64,000 nt of DNA from Eledone cirrhosa (lineage: Eukaryota). The notes beneath the pieces were generated by a model that worked only from the letters and a program-made list of their open reading frames with translations, searched no databases and was not told the DNA's origin. Position numbers and translations under genes: made by a program. The stretch covers positions 16,988,001 to 17,052,000 of the forward strand of contig OZ024764.1 in assembly GCA_964016885.1 (NCBI GenBank), read 5' to 3'. Below, one piece after another: positions 58,185 to 64,000 of the stretch. Numbering within the stretch: position 1 is the stretch's first letter; each line of letters starts with the position of its first letter.

Positions 58185-61100
58185 CAGTGTGTATATCATG
58201 AACCATACACTGTTCACTTCCCTGACATTTGTACATTATTCTATGTATTATACATGCACCTTTGATGAGTTGTAGTGCACCTGAGCATTGTACACAATAA
58301 TTTAATTATTATTATAACTGCAGGACAAAAAACAAAACCTGACAAAGGGCGGAAGAACTCATAAGAGTCAATGACCATCTAAACAAAAAAGAAAATCCTG
58401 CCAAATCAATGGGTAGCAGTAGTTCCAGCTGCCCACATCTAAAGACAGGTGTAGTGGTTCTGAGAACAATGTGGCTTTACAGGTGATCAATGCAAATTGA
58501 CAATGGAAAGGTGCTCCTGCTCGAGTTAGAAGAGAACTATTGACCTCCAGGAGAAGCAGTGACCCCTGATTGTATTCAGCAACCCAAACACATATGAAGT
58601 ACACCAAATCCAATGCTCCTAGGGGCAGCCCTGGTTCTTATTTGGGAGTGTAAACTTGGCCAGATTAGATTAGATATATAATGGTGTATATATAATGGTG
58701 TATATACTGGTGTGTATATAGTGGTGTATATAGTGGTGTACATAGTGGTGTATATAGTGGTGTATACAGTGGTGTATATAGTGGTGTATATAGTGGTGTG
58801 TATATAGTGGTATATATAGTGGTGTATATAGTGGTGTGTATATAGTGGTATATATAGTGGTGTATATAGTGGTGTGTATATAGTGGTGTGTATAGTGGTG
58901 TATATATATAGTGGTGTATATAGTGGTGTGTATAGTGGTGTATACAGTGGTGTATATAGTGGTGTATATACTGGTGTGTATATAGTGGTGTATATAGTGG
59001 TGTACATAGTGGTGTATATAGTGGTGTATACAGTGGTGTATATAGTGGTGTATATAGTGGTGTATATAGTGGTGTGTATATAGTGGTGTGTATATAGTGG
59101 TGTGTATAGTGGTGTATATATATAGTGGTGTATATAGTGGTGTGTATATAGTGGTGTGTATATAGTGGTGTGTATAGTGGTGTATATATACAGTGGTGTA
59201 TATAGTGGTGTATATAGTGGTGTATATAGTGGTGTATATAGTGGTGTGTATAGTGGTGTATATAGTGGTGTGTATATAGTGGTGTATATAGTGGTGTATA
59301 TAGTGGTGTGTATAGTGGTGTGTATAGTGGTGTATATAGTGGTGTATATAGTGGTGTATATAGTGGTGTATATATAGTGGTGTATATAGTGGTGTATATA
59401 GTGGTGTATATAGTGGTGTGTATAGTGGTGTATATAGTGGTGTGTATATAGTGGTGTATATAGTGGTGTATATAGTGGTGTGTATAGTGGTGTATATAGT
59501 GGTGTATATAGTGGTGTATATAGTGGTGTGTATAGTGGTGTATATAGTGGTGTATATAGTGGTGTATATAGTGGTGTGTATATAGTGGTGTATATAGTGG
59601 TGTATATATAGTGGTGTATATAGTGGTGTATATAGTGGTGTGTATATAGTGGTGTATATAGTGGTGTATATATAGTGGTGTATATAGTGGTGTGTATAGT
59701 GGTGTATATAGTGGTGTATATATAGTGGTGTATATAGTGGTGTGTATATAGTGGTGTGTATATAGTGGTGTATATAGTGGTGTATATAGTGGTGTATATA
59801 GTGGTGTATATAGTGGTGTATATAGTGGTGTATATAGTGGTGTGTATAGTGGTGTATATAGTGGTGTATATAGTGGTGTATATAGTGGTGTATATAGTGG
59901 TGTATATAGTGGTGTGTATAGTGGTGTATATAGTGGTGTATATAGTGGTGTATATAGTGGTGTATATAGTGGTGTATATAGTGGTGTATATAGTGGTGTA
60001 TATAGTGGTATATATAGTGGTGTATATAGTGGTGTATATAGTGGTGTATATATAGTGGTGTATATAGTGGTGTATATAGTGGTATATATAGTGGTGTATA
60101 TAGTGGTGTATATAGTGGTGTATATAGTGGTGTATATAGTGGTGTATATAACTTACTTCGGTTTTCTCCGTCGAAAGAATTTTAAATTTCCGAATAACTT
60201 CAACAGCTGCAATCTTGAACTCCAGCTTGGCCAGTCTCATTCCTATACACATTCGGGGCCCTCCGCCAAAGGGTAAATAGGTAAAGGGGACCTGTTTAGA
60301 TTTACCTTCTTCGTTGAACCTGTGTGGTGTGGAGGAGGGAGAAATATCTAATTAACAAATGACGATGATGATGATGATGTGTGTTGAAGAAGGCAAAGAA
60401 GAAGAAGAAAGCAAAGAAGAAGAAAGGAAAGAAGAAGAAAGCAAAGAAGAAGAAGGCAAAGAAGAAGAAAGGAAAGAAGAAGAAGATAAGAAGAAGAAGA
60501 AGAAAGCAAAGAAGAAGAAGGCAAAGAAGAAGAAGAAGAAAGGAAAGAAGAAGAAGGCAAAGAAGAAGAAGAAGAAAGGAAAGAAGAAGAAAGAAGGCAA
60601 AGAAGAAGAAGAAGAAAGCAAAGAAGAAGAAAGCAAAGAAGAAGAAGGCAAAGAAGAAGAAGAAGAAAGCAAAGAAGAAGAAGAAGAAAGCAAAGAAGAA
60701 GAAGAAGAAGGCAAAGAAGAAGAAGATAAGAAGAAGAAGAAGAAGAAGAAGAAGAAAGCAAATGGGTAGGGTTAAGGTTAAGGTTAACAGTAAATATAGG
60801 ATAACAGTTTCTTATATAACCCCAGGGCCAGCAATTTTGGGGGAGGGGAAAGTCAATTCAATCGACCCCAGTTCGTAACTGGTAAATATAGGATAATTGT
60901 TTCTACTTTTGGGACAAGGCCAGCAATTGTTGTTGTTGTGACAGCTCACACCTCTGCAGGTTTAGCTGGCCTCCTCCAAGGTATATCTCGTTGAAGGGGT
61001 CTTGGGTGATTTAATGATAGGGACCCCAGTCCCTATCATCTCATTTCTACAGCTGAGTAAACTGGAGCAACGTGAAATAAAGTGTCTTGCTCAAGGAAAC

Positions 61101-62849
61101 AACACATCACCCGGTCTGAGAATTGAACTCACAACCTTACGATTGCAAGCCCAATGCTCTAACTACTAAGCCATGCACCTTCACAGCAATTACCCCAGTA
61201 CATTACTGGTACTTTATTTTATCGACCCCGTAAGGATGAAAGGCAAAGTTAACCTCGGCGGGATTTGAACTCAGATCATAAAGCGAGGTAACTCTATGCT
61301 TCAAAGCATGGCGCCCAACCCTCTGCCGATACTGCCAATCCACCACTTATTTAGAATAATGTAAATGCTAAAGGGTTAAAATATTACCTTTCTGGTATAA
61401 ACTTTTCCGGTTGCGACCAGTACTTCGGGTTAAAGTGTAAAACATCGACAGCAATATTAACAGTCAGGCCTGCAGGTATATTTATCTCTTTTATTGTACA
61501 TGCTTTGCTGGCAATGCGGTCCAATCTGTAAAAGAAGATGGTATATACAGCGTGATTGAAAAGTAACTCCCTATTTTAATCCTTTAATGTTCAAACCGGC
61601 CAAAACCAGCCAGAATTCTCACCTCTTTCTGTTGAAACTGGCTGTAACTGGTCACTCAAACTGATGTTAAGGTATTGTTCTCAAAATAATTAAATATGAA
61701 AATCTCATAGATTTGATATTATGTGAAATATTATGTGAAGTAAAGCCTTTACTGTGACAATACAATAGTATATATAGAGTAATGTAAATGTTATGTGAGA
61801 TATTATGTGAGGTAAAGCCTTTACTGTGACAATACAATAGTATATATAGAGTAATGTAAATGTTATGTGAGATATTATGTGAGGTAAAGCCTTTACTGTG
61901 AAAATACAATAGTATATATAGAGTAATGTAAATGTTATGTGAGATATTATGTGAGGTAAAGCCTTTACTGTGAAAATACAATAGTATATATAGAGTAATG
62001 TAAATGTTATGTGAGATATTATGTGAGGTAAAGCCTTTACTGTGACAATACAATAGTATATATAGAGTAATGTAAATGTTATGTGAGATATTATGTGAGG
62101 TAAAGCCTTTACTGTGAAAATACAATAGTATATATAGAGTAATGTAAATGTTAAAGGGTTAAGATTCTTATAATTTACTTTTTTTTTTGTCCTGCAGGGT
62201 GTCCAAAATCACCCTCCTCACCAAGCAAACTAGGTGGAGTTGCTGGTTTAGTCGCCGGTGATCCGACAAAGGGCAAAAGAACTCATAAGAGTCAATGGCC
62301 ATCTTCTAAAAATAAAAATAATAAAAAATCCTGCCAACTCAATGGGTGGCAGTAGTTCTCGTATTTGCCCTTCAAGTTCTTCCAAAGTCATTGATTTGGT
62401 AGAGTAGACTTGCTCCTTTAACCAACCCCAAAGAAAAAAGTCGCAGCGAGTTAAGTCAGGGCTTCTGGCTGGCCACTCATGCAGACCACGGCAACCCATA
62501 CATCTCCCAGGGAAGTCAGCATTCAGCCATTCACGAACAACAACAGAAAATCAAATCTTCAATATTCTCCCAAGTACTGATAATTGGCCAGATTTCATCT
62601 TGCAGCATGGAGAGGTACCTTTCGGCATTCAATAGGGAGTTACTTTTCAATCACCCTGTGATTATATCGGCATCAACAATATTATACACTTATCTTGGTC
62701 AGCCTATGAACTTTTCAGATGACCCTTACACAAGCCATCTCCACAAAAAGAAAAACTTACACAGTTCCGATAGGATAAAGCCTTAATGTTTCTTCCATAC
62801 ACATGTTAAGGTAAGGAAGCTGCTGGATATTGTCGTATGTTGGTAGCTC
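57579..62849 (-). CDS. Cytochrome P450, clan 3 (CYP3A-like), 3' part; join complement(57579..57653,60157..60319,61388..61525,62761..62849); gene continues beyond the window
   Basis: K-helix EETLR, PEKFIPERF, haem motif FGGGPRMCIG and terminal IPLELDKTFLLAAKNGVWVKFERR*; GT-AG introns with phases 2,2,0. Confidence 0.93.
58680..60150. repeat. (TAGTGGTGTATA)n 12-mer satellite
   Basis: Direct inspection. Confidence 0.92.
60157..60319 (-). CDS. P450 exon (haem-binding Cys)
   Basis: YLPFGGGPRMCIGMRLA. Confidence 0.95.
60385..60760. repeat. GAA-rich simple repeat
   Basis: Direct inspection. Confidence 0.85.
61388..61525 (-). CDS. P450 exon (meander/PERF)
   Basis: LDRIASKACTIKEINIPAG...YWSQPEKFIPE. 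Confidence 0.93.
61548..62658 (-). mobile_element. Tc1/mariner DNA transposon relic
   Basis: 28-bp TIRs CAGcGTGATTGAAAAGTAACTCCCTATT / AATAGGGAGTTACTTTTCAATCACCCTG; transposase fragment WPARSPDLTRCDFFLWGWLKEQVY at about 62360-62530. Confidence 0.85.
61576..62162 (-). mobile_element. piggyBac-type MITE with 72-bp array, nested in Tc1/mariner relic
   Basis: TTAA-TCCTTTAATG...TAAATGTTAAAGGG-TTAA. Confidence 0.8.
62761..62849 (-). CDS. P450 exon (ExxR)
   Basis: ELPTYDNIQQLPYLNMCMEETLRLYPIG. Confidence 0.93.
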
Positions 62850-63029
62850 CTAAAACAGAGAGGGAGAGAGAGGTATTAGGGTAAGGTTTTCACTTCAACA
62901 CCCCCAACCCACTACCCCTACTCCATCCTCCCACTCCCACCAACACCACCCTTTCTCTGTAAAGTTATGTTGGTACCACAACATCCAGTTCAAACTAATG
63001 CGGTCGTGTAGGTGTCATGACAATAAAAA

Positions 63030-64000
63030 AAAACACAGTCCACACTGTAAACTGGTCATGAAGGAGACACAGTAAAAAGGCTCCCAGTCTACACTGTAAA
63101 GTGGTCGTGTAGGAGACACAGTAAAAAGGCTCCCAGTCCACACTGTAAAGTGGTCATGTAGGAGACACAGTAAAAAGGCTCCCAGTCCACACTGTAAAGT
63201 GGTCATGTAGGAGACACGGTAAAAAGGCTCCCAGTCCACACTGTAAAGTGGTCATGTAGGAGACACAGTAAAAAGGCTCCCAGTCCACACTGTAATGTGG
63301 TCATGTAGGAGACACAGTAAAAAGGCTCCCAGTCCACACTGTAATGTGGTCATGTAGGAGACACAGTAAAAAGGCTCCCAGTCCACACTGTAATGTGGTC
63401 ATGTAGGAGACACAGTAAAAAGGCTCCCAGTCCACACTGTAATGTGGTCATGTAGGAGACACAGTAAAAAGGCTCCCAGTCCACACTGTAATGTGGTCAT
63501 GTAGGAGACACAGTAAAAAGGCTCTCAGTCCACACTGTAAAGTGGTCATGTAGGAGACACAGTAAAAAGACTCCCAGTCCACACTGTAATGTGGTCATGT
63601 AGGAGACACAGTAAAAAGGCTCCCAGTCCACACTGTAAAGTGGTCATGTAGGAGACACAGTAAAAAGGCTCCCAGTCCACACTGTAAAGTGGTCATGTAG
63701 GAGACACAGTAAAAAGACTCCCAGTCCACACTGTAATGTGGTCATGTAGGAGACACAGTAAAAAGGCTCCCAGTCCACACTGTAAAGTGGTCATGTAGGA
63801 GACACAGTAAAAAGGCTCCCAGTCCACACTGTAAAGTGGTCATGTAGGAGACACAGTAAAAAGGCTCCCAGTCCACACTGTAAAGTGGTCATGTAGGAGA
63901 CACAGTAAAAAGGCTCCCAGTCCACACTGTAAAGTGGTCATGTAGGAGACACAGTAAAAAGGCTCCCAGTCCACACTGTAAAGTGGTCATGTAGGAGACA
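63030..64000. repeat. 49-bp tandem array (SINE-module derived), about 20 units, runs off window
   Basis: CAGTCCACACTGTAAAGTGGTCATGTAGGAGACACAGTAAAAAGGCTCC. Confidence 0.92.

Noticed and set aside
58023-58305. Duplicated TTTGATGAGTTGTAGTGCACC segment as hammerhead
   Set aside because: It has no CUGAnGA and no downstream GAAA; treated as an ordinary dispersed repeat duplication.
58576-60156. 558-aa ORF extending the P450 haem exon
   Set aside because: It reads through a gtaagt donor into the 12-mer satellite; the true terminal exon is 57579-57653.
60359-60878. Lys/Glu-rich histone- or protamine-like ORFs
   Set aside because: They come from a GAA simple repeat inside a P450 intron.

Overview
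Repeat-rich eukaryotic DNA. The SINE/LINE families and (TA)n load look octopod-cephalopod, but that assignment is inferred. There are three minus-strand spliced genes, which I reconstructed by GT-AG and codon-phase matching: (1) a complete 4-coding-exon C2H2 zinc-finger gene (888-11885, about 1435 aa); (2) a complete 25-coding-exon GANP/MCM3AP (SAC3/TREX-2 scaffold) gene (14780-50133, about 3380 aa) with one apparent 1-bp frameshift near 31950; (3) the last four exons of a clan-3 cytochrome P450 (57579-62849). Introns and intergenic DNA are almost entirely microsatellites, tRNA-derived SINEs, RTE, Tx1-like and R4/Dong LINE fragments, a Tc1/mariner relic and SINE-derived tandem arrays. Two hidden systems stand out. 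First, several distinct families of short, non-coding, often palindromic elements sit in or beside (TA)n tracts and carry type-I minimal hammerhead ribozyme motifs (CUGAnGA-stem-GAAA-palindrome-UH). There are about 14 full or near-full motifs, consistent with Penelope-like element pLTR derivatives. Second, a TTAA-flanked piggyBac-type MITE carries and disperses a 72/60-bp satellite array (6 array-bearing copies plus array-less copies). Most long ORFs in the supplied track are microsatellite artefacts.
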